Below, in pieces: positions 53,234 through 64,000 of a stretch of DNA of 64,000 nucleotides. The stretch lies in NCBI RefSeq assembly GCF_018350175.1, contig NC_058368.1, positions 131,256,001-131,320,000 on the forward strand, read 5' to 3'. Position 1 is the first letter of the stretch. The number at the start of each line of letters is the position of its first letter. The notes below the pieces were generated by a model, which was not told the origin of the DNA, ran no database searches, and was given only the letters and a program-made list of their open reading frames with translations. This DNA comes from Felis catus. Lineage: Eukaryota. Both the position numbers and the translations under genes were made by a program.

Positions 53234-53859
53234 ATAGTAAAATACAAATTAGTGTGTATTTAGTAATGGCAAATAAAAATCAGATTTATTCAGCTTTTCC
53301 AGATTTCATTTGGCCTCAGTTCCATTTTCAATGGGTCCATTTAGTCTTACATGTCCTGAAGAGAAGAGTTAAAAGTAAAAATGCGTAACCACTTTTCCTG
53401 AGGGTTTTTCCTTCTCCATGTGTGTTATCTACAAATCTCTAGGAGATTTGCCCTCTTTAATAATTTTGGTCTTAGTTGCTTAACTTTTCTTCTGCAGGTA
53501 CAATGCAGATACTTAGGGATTACTTTGCCATTGTCTTTCTGGCCTCGTTGTATCCTTGCCCAGTCTGGGACCCATGTATTCACCAGCAGTTCTTTTATGA
53601 AACTTTAATTCCTTTGACCTTTGTCTTTGGGCCCTGCTCACTTTTCCAAGTCTAGGCCTCCTATGAATCATATCATTGTACTGTCTTTGTTTTTCTTCCT
53701 GAGATGCTGAACATTTTGGAGGGAGTCTAAAAACCTGCATATAGACTTTTACCAACATTCCAGCTTCAGCCTGTGTCTTTTTCTGATGTCCAGTAATCTC
53801 TTATTCTGTGCTCCATTAATGACACAGTCACCACTTAAAATAGACACTTTTTGTTTTGA

Positions 53860-54440
53860 GAATTTTGAGAATTTGCCCGCCTAAATATCCGTTTCTATAT
53901 TCTGATAACAGTACCCAATATTCCTTTGGCGGATTATGCCTCTTCCACTTTCAACTTCTGTGATCTGAGTAAGGAGGCTAATTCCTCTCAAAACTCCTAT
54001 CCACACATGAGTTTTATGGGTGAGAAAATAACATCCAACTGGTGAAGTTGTTGGTTACGTCCTTCTAGTCACAGTGATTGATGGGAATGGGCATGCTGTC
54101 CAAGTCTGTATACTGAGTATCAGTTCTAGAACTTTGCTGCAACTACTGAGAAAGAGGCATTCTTCTGCTGTACTTGCTAAACTGCTTGAATTTCAGCCTG
54201 GAACTCCTGGTGGCCAATTGTGCCACCACATAGACTGATCCTGCCTAAAATAAAGTCAACACAGAGAAAAATAAGGTCGAAAGATTGAGATACCCTGCTG
54301 ATGGCATCATTTGAGCACTTAGATCCTAATATGCATAAAACTATCGTAGACTTATTCCTATGAAGTAATGACTGTTTTCCTTGAGTCAACTTGAATTTGC
54401 TTTCATGTCATTTCACTGAAATGAGTCCTAACTAGAGTAT
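53860..54440 (+). mobile_element. Old MaLR LTR (MLT1I/J-like)
   Basis: cacagtgattg..gggcatg; ctgcctaaaataaagtcaacacagag; tttgagcacttagatcc; ..gagtcctaactagagta. Confidence 0.7.
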
Positions 54441-54479
54441 TGTTCCACAGAAACTGTTTTCTTGAAAATTGTCGATAAT

Positions 54480-54710
54480 AATAACAGCTGGTATTTGTTG
54501 AATCCTTACTGTATGTTAGGTGTCATTTTAAGCTCTTGACATAGACAAAATCATTAACACTTCATAATAACTCTGAATTATTTCCTACTTACAGACTAAG
54601 AAATTAAGGCAAAGAGAGATGAAGAAACTTGCCCTAAGGTTTTATAAATGTAAGTGGGATTCAAACCCAGGCATTATGGTCTTACAGTCCAACACCTAAA
54701 CTCTATTGCC
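54480..54710 (-). mobile_element. MIR
   Basis: ataacagctggtatttgttgaatccttactgtatg..acagactaagaaattaaggc..aacttgccctaagg..gggattcaaacccagg. Confidence 0.75.
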
Positions 54711-55499
54711 TTGTGCGTCATCAAACCCAGTTACCTTTTCTTATCCCCCTTAACCTCTTTGCTGTATTCAGCACTATCCACTTGTTCTTCATACTCTCGT
54801 GGAAAGCCTTTGCTTTCCACAACATGGTTTTCTTATGGCTTTTTCCAGTCCTTCTAACAGGAACTTCTTTAATTCTTTTTCTGCCATGCCTCCTAAATGT
54901 AGAATTTTCCTAAGGCTTCTCTATTCTTCCCTTGGTGGTCTTACAACTTCCAGTATCATTTCCATGAAAATGATGCCATTAACTCAAGCTTTTATTTCTA
55001 ACTGCCTACTATCTCCACATCACCTAAATGTCTGCTCAGATCTCAAGTGTCATGAGTTGCAGCATGCATTATTGGGTTTCTAGGAATAATTTATAATAAT
55101 TTAATCTTGGTTGGAAATTATAACTGAAGCCAGATGTTAGAAAACTCAACTCTCAGATAATGCAAAGCCTATTGACACAGATACTTTGAGATGGCTTCCT
55201 ACTCAGCTAGCCATTCTATCTGGTTGGATGACAGGAACTGTTAGTAAATTTTGAGATACCAATTATCTAATAGTTAAATTAACACTTATCTGGGTCTTAC
55301 ATCATGACATTGTTATCTGTCATTTTACAAAAAAAAATGAAAGATCTTCTATGAAGTATTGACAATCATACTCTTCGTTTGTAACTTGGAGATGATGAAT
55401 ACTTGTTAAGATGTTTATTGTAGAAAGTTTCACCTCAGGTTGTAAACCGGTAGAGAGGTTGCTTTTACTTCACCAAATTTGTACACATTAACTCCTCTC

Positions 55500-55655
55500 T
55501 AGGGTTCTGGTTTTCAACCTTGGTCATACATTGGAGTCACTGGAGGTCTCTTCGCAGGAAATTCTGATTGAATTGTACTAGGGTGACAACTGACATGGGT
55601 AGTTTGACCAGTTTTTCAAGAGATTCCAAGGTGCTGTCACGGTTGAGAAGCATCG
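55500..55655. mobile_element. MER5B-like hAT MITE
   Basis: tggttttcaaccttggtcatacattggagtcactgg..attctgattgaattg..ggttgagaagca. Confidence 0.65.
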
Positions 55656-55944
55656 TTTTGAGGGTTCACTTTTTAGGTTGCTATGGATCACCAGTTGAAT
55701 TTTAACTTCTAACATAATAGGTTTTAGTGCTAAAATTTTAACTGGGCACCCTGGTTTTATTTGCCAAATTTGTCAACCCTGTCATTTCTCTGACTATATT
55801 CTGTGGCTTCATCGGAAATAAGAGGCTAAATTACATGCTTTATTCAGTGTTAAGACTTTCTGTTTTGTCTTTCTTCTTTCAGTACTGTTGGCAATAAACT
55901 TAATCCTTCTAAAAAATTTATTTCTATTAAAAAAAAAAAAAGAA

Positions 55945-56222
55945 CACTGGCTTCTGCTTCCATGAGCTGCCCACATTTTTCTTTGTGGCTTCCATATTGT
56001 TTTCTTTAGCCCCACAAGACTCTGACTACAGCTGGAGAAGGTTTTCTGCTTCAAAAGGATCATGTGATTAGCTTGGGCCTACCTGGAAAATCTAGGATAA
56101 TCTCTTTATTGGAATTCGTAACTAATTACATCTGCAAAGTCCATTTTGCTATGTAATGTAACATATTCAGAGGTTCCAGGGATTAGGATGTGGACATCTT
56201 TTGGGGGCCACTGTGCCTACCA
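55945..56222 (-). mobile_element. MaLR LTR fragment (MLT1B-D-like)
   Basis: attacatctgcaaagtccattttgctatgtaatgtaacatattcagaggttccagggattaggatgtggacatctttt. Confidence 0.8.
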
Positions 56223-57046
56223 CGGTTGTCTTGGGTGCAATTTTCACTTTTCTGGCACACCCCCACCTCACCCCTTTTTTGTAATAGAGCACACCCTCCA
56301 GCTGTTTTCTGAGAAAGAATGTCTGAAAAGAATATTTAAAATTTCGCATAACTGAAATCTCTTTTTTCATCCTCATGTTATTGATCTCTAGGTTAGAAAT
56401 AATTTTCCCTCAGAATTTATCATTTATGTTTCTGTCAAAAAGTCCAATGTCATTTAATTTCTGAATCATAATAAATGATCGATTTTTTTTCCTCCCAGGA
56501 ACCCATTAAATTCTTCTCTCTGACACATGTGCTTGGAAATTTCACAAGAACACACCTTTATATAGATTATTTTTATCCACTGAGCTGAAAGCTTGTGTCC
56601 TATTGCCCTTCAGTTATGAGGACTGTTGTCTTGGTTTTCCTCAACAATTCTTTTTCTTCTATTTATTGTATTCACTCTTAGGTATTTGACCTTGCCTAGT
56701 CTAATTGCCCTGGATAAAACGTGCAGTACAAAGTTGAAAAGAAGTAGCAAGAGAGGACCTGTTTGTCTTATTCCTGATCTTAGGTATAAGTATCAATTCT
56801 CTCACCATTAAGTATGATCTTAACTTTGGTTTTTTTATAGATGTCTTTTATCAGGTTGAAGAACTTCAGTTAGTTGAATGTTTTTATCATGAAAAAGCAT
56901 TAGATTTTATCATGTGCTTTTTCTTCATCTATTGAGATGATCCTGTGGTCTTTACCCTCTATTCTATCTAAGAGTACAACTTCAGGAAACCAACTTTGCA
57001 TTCCTTAGATAAATCCCTGTTGATCATGTCATAAAATGTTTTTTCT

Positions 57047-57589
57047 CTTTTTTGTTGTATGAAAAAAAAGTTTATGGTCCCAATGAATAAATTATTTTGA
57101 CTATATAAAACAGACAAATCAACATACAGAAAATGCCCTCTGAGGTACCTTTTGAAATTTGTACCTTTGTGTATAATACCTATTCAAAATATAAATTAAG
57201 AAAACTCTAATGTAAGTTTTGTTTTTAATTATTTAATTTATTTTTTAAATTTACATCCAAGTTAGTTAGCATATAGTGCAAAGATTTCAGGAGTAGATGC
57301 CCTAATGCCCCTTACCCATTTAGCCTATCCCCCCCCACACTCCTTCCAGTAACCCTGTTTGTTCTCCATATTTAAAAGTCTCTTATGTTTTTGTCCCCCT
57401 CCTTGTTTTTATATTCTTCTTGCTTCCCTTCCCTCATGTTCATCTGTTTTGTATCTTAAAGTCTTCATAAGAGTGAAATCATATGATACTTCTCTTTCTC
57501 TAATTTTGCTTAGCATAATACCCTCTGGTTCCATCCATGTAGTTGCAAATGGCAAGATTTCATTCTTTTTGATTGCCGAGTAATGCTCC

Positions 57590-57642
<53 letters not shown>

Positions 57643-58194
57643 CACTTCTTCTTTATCTATGAATCCATCGATGGACATTTGGGCTCTTACCATACTTTGG
57701 CTATTGTTGATAGTGCTGCTATAAACATTGGTGCATGTGTCCCTTTGAAACAGCACACCTGTATCCCTGGAATATCTCTGTATCTCCTGCCACTTTGCTG
57801 AATTCATGGATCAGTTCTAGCAGTTTTTTGGTGGAATCTTTTGGGTTTTCCATATAGAATATCATGTCATTTGCGAAGAGTGAATGTTTGACCTCCTCCT
57901 GGCCGATTTGGATGCCTTTTATTTCTTTGTGTTGTCTGATTGCAGAGGTTAAGACTTCCAATTCTATGTTGACTAACAGTAGTGAGAGTGGACATCCCTG
58001 TCTTGTTCCTGACCTTAAGGGGAAAGCTCTTAGTTTTTGCCCAGTGAGGATGGTATTAGCGTTTGGTCTTTCACATATGGCTTTTACGATCTCGAGATTT
58101 TTATCAAGAAAGGATGCCGTATTTTGTCCAAAGCTTTCTCTGCATCTGTTGAGAGGATCGTGTGGTTCTTGTCCTTTCTTTCACTGATGTGATG
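57047..58194 (-). mobile_element. 5'-truncated felid L1 with internal deletion and 3' transduced segment
   Basis: TSD taaaatgttt(t/c)ttct at 57032-57046 and 58195-58209; L1 3' end 57215-57770; RT region 57780-58194. Confidence 0.88.
57592..57640. repeat. (TG)n microsatellite in L1 3' region
   Basis: About 24 TG units. Confidence 0.97.
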
Positions 58195-58849
58195 TAAAAT
58201 GTTTCTTCTGTATTGCATTTGGTTTGCCCGTTTTTGGTTGTGGATTTTCTATTAATATTCATAAGGTATATTGGTCTGTAGTTTTCTGTACTCCTTGATG
58301 TCTTTAGTTTTTGTTAATGGTTTCATTGGATTCTCAGGTGGGAAATCATTACAATGCAGCTGTAGTCTTGGACAAGAATCCATCTCAGCCGCTTCAAGCA
58401 AATGGAAATTTCTGCATCTAGCAGAGAAAGCTATATAGTTTTTAGACGTTCCTCTCCTTAAAACTTCCTTTCCCTTCCTCAAACCAACTAATAAAACTTG
58501 GCCTTTTATGTTCTTAGGTATCATCTTCTGATGATCTGTTCTCATTGTTCTGATGTACTGCTGAAAAGTCAACATTTACTGCAAAAGACCCCCTCTCTGA
58601 ATAAGCACTTTTGATTTACCTCTGGTTATCCACTCACTTATACCAACTGTGATTGGTCAAGAGCGAAGTCAAGAACACTTCAGTGATTAATCTCAATTGA
58701 ACAAAAGTGGAACCGAAGGCACAAGAAGTAATAGGCCCTGCAGGTGGGATCAGAAGTCAGACCTCCAGGAGGGACAGGGTGAGGCCAAGATTGAACAAGG
58801 CACGGGAAACTTCAGTTGCTCTGGTAGGGGATGGCGAGAGAGAGAGTAA

Positions 58850-59620
58850 GTTCGCCCCGTCTCCCCTAGCGGGGCATTGCTGGCGCGGCTCCGGTCTGCA
58901 CGTGGTCAGGTCAGGGTGGGGCGCAGCCCACACCCGGCCTGCGGGGGCGGGACCCGCGGAGGTGAGGGAGCAGGGAGATCCGCGGTGCGGAGCGCCCGGG
59001 CGCCGAGACCGAGGCAAGCTCGAGCGCTTTCCGCGGGGTTTGGCTCCTGTCGCTTCCCGTCTCCCAGACCCGGCTTCGCGGCCGCCGGAGCCGCCGGGCG
59101 GCGAGTGCTCAGAGCCGGGCTGCGAGTGGCCTGGCGCGCCGGGAGGGGGCGCGGAGCGGGCGGCTCCCGGAAGCGGACGCAGGTAAGGGCCGGCGGCTCC
59201 GGGCCCCGCAGGGCGCGTCTCGCGGAGAGGGTCCGGCCTTCACCGGCCCTGAGCGGCCGCGGCTGCTCGGGCCGCTGCTCCTCCCCGAGCTAGGACTGCT
59301 GGAGGGCTGGCCTGGCCTGGCCGCGCCGCCCCCCGCCCCGGGCCTCAGGTGATGTGGCCACGGTGGTTTAACTTTCGCACTTAAGGCTCTCCGTGGAGTC
59401 CTCGGGGCGCGACCGGAGACGGGGTGGAATTACACCGGGTCTGGAAACGTGAGCCAGGGCGGTGAGCATCGGGGCCGGGGTAGTGGGGGGGGGGGGAACA
59501 GGGATCCGGCGGATGGCGGGGAGTGGGGGGTGGGCGACTGGGTGGACTGTTGGCTGCCCTCCAGGTCAGAGTTGAGGAACTGAGTCCTCCTGGGGAGAGT
59601 CGGCACACACCCCCTTCCGT
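58850..59620 (+). promoter_or_regulatory. CpG island promoter
   Basis: Abrupt very high GC and CpG density in an AT-rich background; GC box ~58944-58952, E-box CACGTG 58899-58904, ETS-like CCGGAAG 59167-59173. Confidence 0.93.
59050..59182 (+). other. Probable non-coding first exon of an unidentified plus-strand gene (start approximate)
   Basis: Strong donor CAG|GTAAGG at 59182/59183 inside the CpG island; no ATG in the preceding GC-rich ~300 nt. Confidence 0.7.
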
Positions 59621-60265
59621 GGCCCGTTGCCTCTGCACAGAGCCACTTTCTTTTGTCTGGTCCTTTTTGGTATTGGCCTTTCAGCTGCTTTTGTTGCAGC
59701 CTTGGATCCAGAGTGTACAGAATTTGCTCGGCAGAGGTTAGAAGGAAGCTTTGTGCAGCAGCGGGGCGAGGTGGGCAGAGGGTTGTTGGGGGGATGTTGT
59801 TATTAGTGCCATAATTAGCGTGCATTAACACGTATTTATCACCGTGACCTTTTCCAGATAGTACTCAATACTTTTGTAGCATCTAATAGTTTGGCTGGAC
59901 CCAAGACAATATTCATTAGCTAACTTCAAAGAAACGTTGTGTGGACAGGTTACTATTAAATTGCCCCATTTTATAGGCCAGGCACCTCAGGCACCCACGC
60001 CCAAACCTGATGATAAAACTAAGCAGTCAGCCCTTGAGGAAGAACTTGTCTGGCTGAGAGTCATCCTCGGTCCAGTCAGTCACTCAACCTGGCACAAAAT
60101 GTAGGGCCCACAGTGCTCATCTGACACATTGTATTTTTGTTAAGTCATTAATTACTGAAACCTTTTGCTAAAAATAGAACAGAGCCCTTTTCTGACTCTG
60201 GGAATAGCACCCATAAAAATCATTTTAGTACATCAGAATGATTTTGTTACCAGAGCCCAAGTTCA

Positions 60266-60409
60266 GGGCCACCTGGGTGCCTTCAGACTTCAGCTCAGGT
60301 CGTGATCTCCTGTCTGTGAGTTCAAGCCCCCGCGTCAGGCTCTGTGCTGACATCTTGCACTCTGTCTCTCAAAATAAATAAACATTAAAAAAAATAAAAT
60401 AAAAACCCA
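60266..60409 (+). mobile_element. Short, internally deleted Can-SINE
   Basis: TSD cccaagttca at 60256-60265 and 60410-60419; lacks part of the head and the pre-CT body. Confidence 0.85.
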
Positions 60410-60425
60410 CCCAAGTTCAGCTTCC

Positions 60426-61075
60426 TGTTGCTGGGAAGGCTTAAGAGATGAGTTTTCAGTGGAAAAGAATATGAGCTTTATTCATGAGGCTGGCCACCTG
60501 GGGAGAAGGCGGACTCTTGTCCAAAGGCCAACTTTGAAATTTGTCTTGCCCTGATATTTTTAAAGTATGTTGATCAGTTAAGGGAATACAGTAGTCTGTG
60601 ATGTTTCTTGATTAGGTGCAGACTCCACGATGCCAGATACAGAGTTAGCTTTGTACTCAGAGGTTGTGCAGAGAAGTTCCTTGGTGCCCCGGGTTGATTG
60701 TGCAAAAAGACCTGATTCCTTGGTACCCAGGGGTGGTTGTACAGGAATACTGTTGTTTCTGCAAAGGAGGGCAAGGTCTATAGATGCACAAAGGGAGGTC
60801 AGTAAAGTCATTCATGTGACCTTAAAAAGAAAAAAAAAAAAACATTTCGCTAAAAGAGGGCTGGTCTAATCAGCAAGCTGAGGGGCCTTCAGGTGGACTT
60901 CCTGGCCTCTGTGGCCTGGGAAAGTTCTGGTCCCATATTCCCCAGGGCCAATGGTCTGCAAATCTTGGAGAAAGCCAGTTAGTTCTGTTACAGATCAAGG
61001 GCCTTAAGTCAGCAGGCAAGGAGTGTGTTAACTTGAAGCAAGTTAACCCTTAAGACCAGCTGGAGTGCTGTTACA
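60426..61075 (-). mobile_element. ERV solo LTR (carnivore ERV1-like), antisense in the putative first intron
   Basis: TGTTG...TTACA termini; AATAAA on the minus strand at 60477-60482 about 50 nt from its 3' end; internal short repeats 60640-60770. No clean TSD seen. Confidence 0.65.
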
Positions 61076-62039
61076 TGTTCAGTTGGATCAGGAGAGTAGT
61101 AGTAAGGACTAAGGTTTTGTTTTTGTTTTTGTTTTGTTTTTTTTTTTTTTTTGTATTTGGTCTGTCAAATCTTAAGCTCCTATATAAATACTGTGCCACT
61201 GGGAGCCCTAAATATTTATTTAATGAATAAGTGGAATAGAAGAAGTGAGCTCCTAGGTATCCTAGAACAATGTGCAGAAAGTTTTCCCAAACAGAAGAAT
61301 TAAGCATTTAGGAGAATAGCCATTTTAATAATTTCAATGACATTTAACTTGTAATCGGGCACATTTATGTTGTTGTACTTTTTTGACTCTCAGAACCATC
61401 GACAGTTCACCAGTTTTCCTAGGGTTTTCTCTTATGTGAATTTGCCAATAGATCTTTTACTGTCCATTTTTCTTCCTCCCTTTCATTTATGTATTTGGTT
61501 TTTCACAGTGAGGGTATTTTTTCTTCTAAAATCAAGTATTTAAAAAACAAGCATTCTTTCTTGGTAAAATAGACTCAAGTAGGACTTTTATGAGTGTGTT
61601 TTAGGTTAGACCTCTCTAATAAGTAGCCTCTCTAATAAGTAGCTGTCAAACATCAAGCAAGAATTCTTTCAGACAAGTATGCAATGAATCTTTAATCATT
61701 TTAATGGAGCTCTGTAATATTTTATGACACATCTATTTCATATAATGCCTTTTTATCAAGCAGCATAAAGCTAAACATTTCATTAAAATTTTGCCAACGA
61801 CAAGATCCTTAGCCTTAATTATTGACTCATGAAATAAACACAGTTCTTTGCCTTACACCACCTTCATTCATCCACTTGGGGAAAAAAAAAAAAAGAATGA
61901 TAATATGGCCTTTCTGTCATTAGTGATATTTGGAGAGTTAATGAAGTAAATATTTTTAACCACATGGAAGAAAGATGCTCTGTGACTTCAAAGTGTGACT
62001 ATAGAGTCATGAAACCCTGCCCTTATCCAAACACGCTGT

Positions 62040-62560
62040 TATTTATTTTTTAAGGGAGAGTGTTCATTCCAAGTGGTCACTTTAGGACACTACATGCCTC
62101 CAAAAGTTGCTATTCACAATTATTTTGAATCTTTTGGAATGTCTAGTCAGTTTACAAGTAACAGAAATGCTTTCAGGATCGCTTTTATAAGTACTTGTTT
62201 TTGTTTGTATTTTTTAATCAAACTATTAACTCCATTAGAACACCATTTTCATTTGCTAAATTTGAAAAATGATTTCTGCATGACTGTGAAAGTCTTCCAG
62301 ATTTTGCCACTATTAAGGATATTAAAAGATTATTTGAAAGGCTATGAAAGCAATTTCAAACCAGTGGTTTAAAAATAGTTTCAAACAATGGCAACGTTGT
62401 TAGAATAACTTTGCATCCTTCCCAGAGTGACTACTCTAAAGGGGACAATACTTACTTGAAGGCTAAAGTTCTATGTCTCTATGTGTATAGGCATAGATAT
62501 ACTTATTTTTTATATGTACATTTGCATGTTTGTTAAATAATTTGAAATTCATAATTTGTA
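62040..62560. mobile_element. MARNA-like mariner relic
   Basis: ttcattccaagtggtcactttaggacactac... and inverted counterpart ..aaacaatggcaacgttgttagaataa..cttcccagagtgactactctaaaggggacaatac. Confidence 0.75.
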
Positions 62561-62750
62561 TTGTAACCTAACAATTTATAGTAGTCCACAATAAAATGGG
62601 GACATAAAATGCCCACATTAAAATATCTTGTTTTGGCTCTAGTATTCGATAAAGTGCATAAAAAAGGAATCATATTGATGAAAACTAAGTATTCTTGTTT
62701 CTTTAAACATCATCCACTTAATTAACAAGGTGTTTTTTTTGCTTTCTTAG

Positions 62751-62799
62751 ATTTTGAAAATATTGGAGGAAATGACTTGAATGGCAAATCTCTTGGAAA
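62751..62799 (+). other. Possible second exon of the CpG-island gene
   Basis: Acceptor tgtttttttttgctttcttag at 62750 with branch-like cttaat upstream; donor uncertain (AAA|GCGAGC only). Confidence 0.3.
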
Positions 62800-63489
62800 A
62801 GCGAGCTAAGGAAATTAGATCTGTTGCATTTTTTTATCTTGATAATTTTCTCTGTAGCAAGCAGAAATATTATAGATGGTTATATTAATAATAGAACTGA
62901 CCTCATTCTATAATCTCTTTACTTGATTATTTCACTGGTTTGATGGCTGGAAAAATTTAGAAACAATCAGTAGATCATTAGCACACATATTTAAAGCAGT
63001 TTCAAAACATCCTTCATAAAATTGTTGAGATAAGCATGAGAGTTATTCTGAATTAGATTTGCCTGACCTATTTAGAAGCCTGTTGAAAAAATGTATCCAA
63101 GGCACCAGAATTGAAGTGTGGACACCAATTCAGGCTGCTTTTTTAACAAATAGTATAGGCAGGTTGGCCAATGACGTGATGAATAAATTGAGAACTATTT
63201 ACTTACTTAATTAATGGAGCTAGAAATTAAAACCGAAGTGTATTTTTCTAGCCATATTCTACTCAAAATTTTGGGTTTAAGGTAGAGACTGTTCTTTCTC
63301 AGACAACTTGTCTCCTGGAGAATATATAAATTGTGTAATAAATATTTATATGGCTGCACTTGGCTGATTTAAAACCAACTAAGGCTTTATGGTCCTAAAT
63401 AAAGCCTTCTCTCTTCTAGTCAGGCATTATTCTTTTTGCTCACCAACCATATCCTTTCCCAACTTAGTGTTTTGCCTTATATTATTTTC

Positions 63490-63800
63490 CTTGCTCAAGA
63501 TACCTATTTCTCTGCACTCTCCTTAACTAATGCTGTCTACATCGTTTCTATCCTTAAGACCCAGCTGTAATACCACTGTTTTCCACAAAGCTTCCCGACT
63601 CCCTAGTTCTTGTTTTCAGTTTACCAGGCAGTTGTAGTTGTTGGTTACTATGTTTTTTATTATTTAATTAACTTTGTCCTTGAACTTGTTCTCCACCTAG
63701 ATTTTTTTTTCCTTGAAGGCACAAGTCATACCTTAAATATATATATTTTTTTCTGAATCCTATGCAGCAGCTAGAACACTGGATAATAGCAGGACATATC
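63490..63800 (+). mobile_element. L2 3' fragment
   Basis: tccttaagacccagctg..ttccacaaagcttccc; ctagatt..ccttgaaggcac; gcagctagaacactgg. Confidence 0.6.
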
Positions 63801-63874
63801 GGCTTATAAGGTTAGATCTATAAGGGGAATTTATTAATCAGGTACTGAGGTAAAATTTCTTAATGCTTCATAAT

Positions 63875-64000
63875 TGTATCAGTCATTGTTCTAGCAGAAA
63901 ACAGATTGCAGGCTCAGATGGGGTAATGGAGAAGAGTTTAACTTAAAAGGTGTGCCTGGATTAAAATACACCAACAATGGATGGTGAAGTATCTCAAGAC
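63875..64000 (-). mobile_element. ERVL-class LTR, cut by window edge
   Basis: tgtatcagtca..ttctagcagaaaacagat..ctcagatggggtaat..gagagtttaa-like start typical of ERVL LTRs. Confidence 0.55.

Larger units (their letters stand above)
56680..58310 (-). mobile_element. Old L1M ORF2 fragment (56680-57046, resuming 58195-58310) that hosts a younger L1 insertion
   Basis: ORF2-type sequence ..tttgcattccttagataaatccc..tgatcatg continues after the insertion as ..tttggtttgc..atattcataaggtatattggtctgtagttttct. Confidence 0.75.

Noticed and set aside
58707..59831. ORFs of 85-159 aa over the CpG island
   Set aside because: Low-complexity G/P/R/A frames expected from high GC, mostly non-ATG starts, and they cross a strong splice donor.
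58850..62800. Gene symbol for the CpG-island gene
   Set aside because: No recognisable coding exon lies in the window; naming it would be a guess.

Overview
Mammalian nuclear DNA from a felid (cat family), judged from the young SINEC_Fc-type carnivore SINEs and cat-type LINE-1s. It is AT-rich and mostly transposon-derived. It holds three near-full-length L1s and several L1 fragments (almost all on the minus strand), about 14 Can-SINEs, an internally deleted ERV-L provirus with both LTRs, MaLR/ERV solo LTRs, and old L2, L3/CR1, MIR, hAT and mariner relics. The only clear host-gene signal is a CpG-island promoter at ~58.85-59.6 kb with a plus-strand first exon (donor at 59183); I cannot name the gene. 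No intact protein-coding ORF, RNA gene, CRISPR array or prokaryote-type system is supported; the listed ORFs are decayed L1/ERV fragments or chance frames. The most interesting signals are retrotransposition-mechanism footprints: (1) a TSD-bounded L1 whose 5'UTR looks spliced before integration; (2) a TSD-bounded L1 with a ~165-bp 3' transduction plus a ~1.3-kb internal deletion; (3) an orphan L1 5' tip sitting in a gap of an L2; (4) the same RT catalytic FADD->FAND change in two related L1s. There is also a chain of well-formed plus-strand splice sites upstream of the CpG island. Repeat family names come from my recall of consensus motifs, not from a database search, and most boundaries are approximate.
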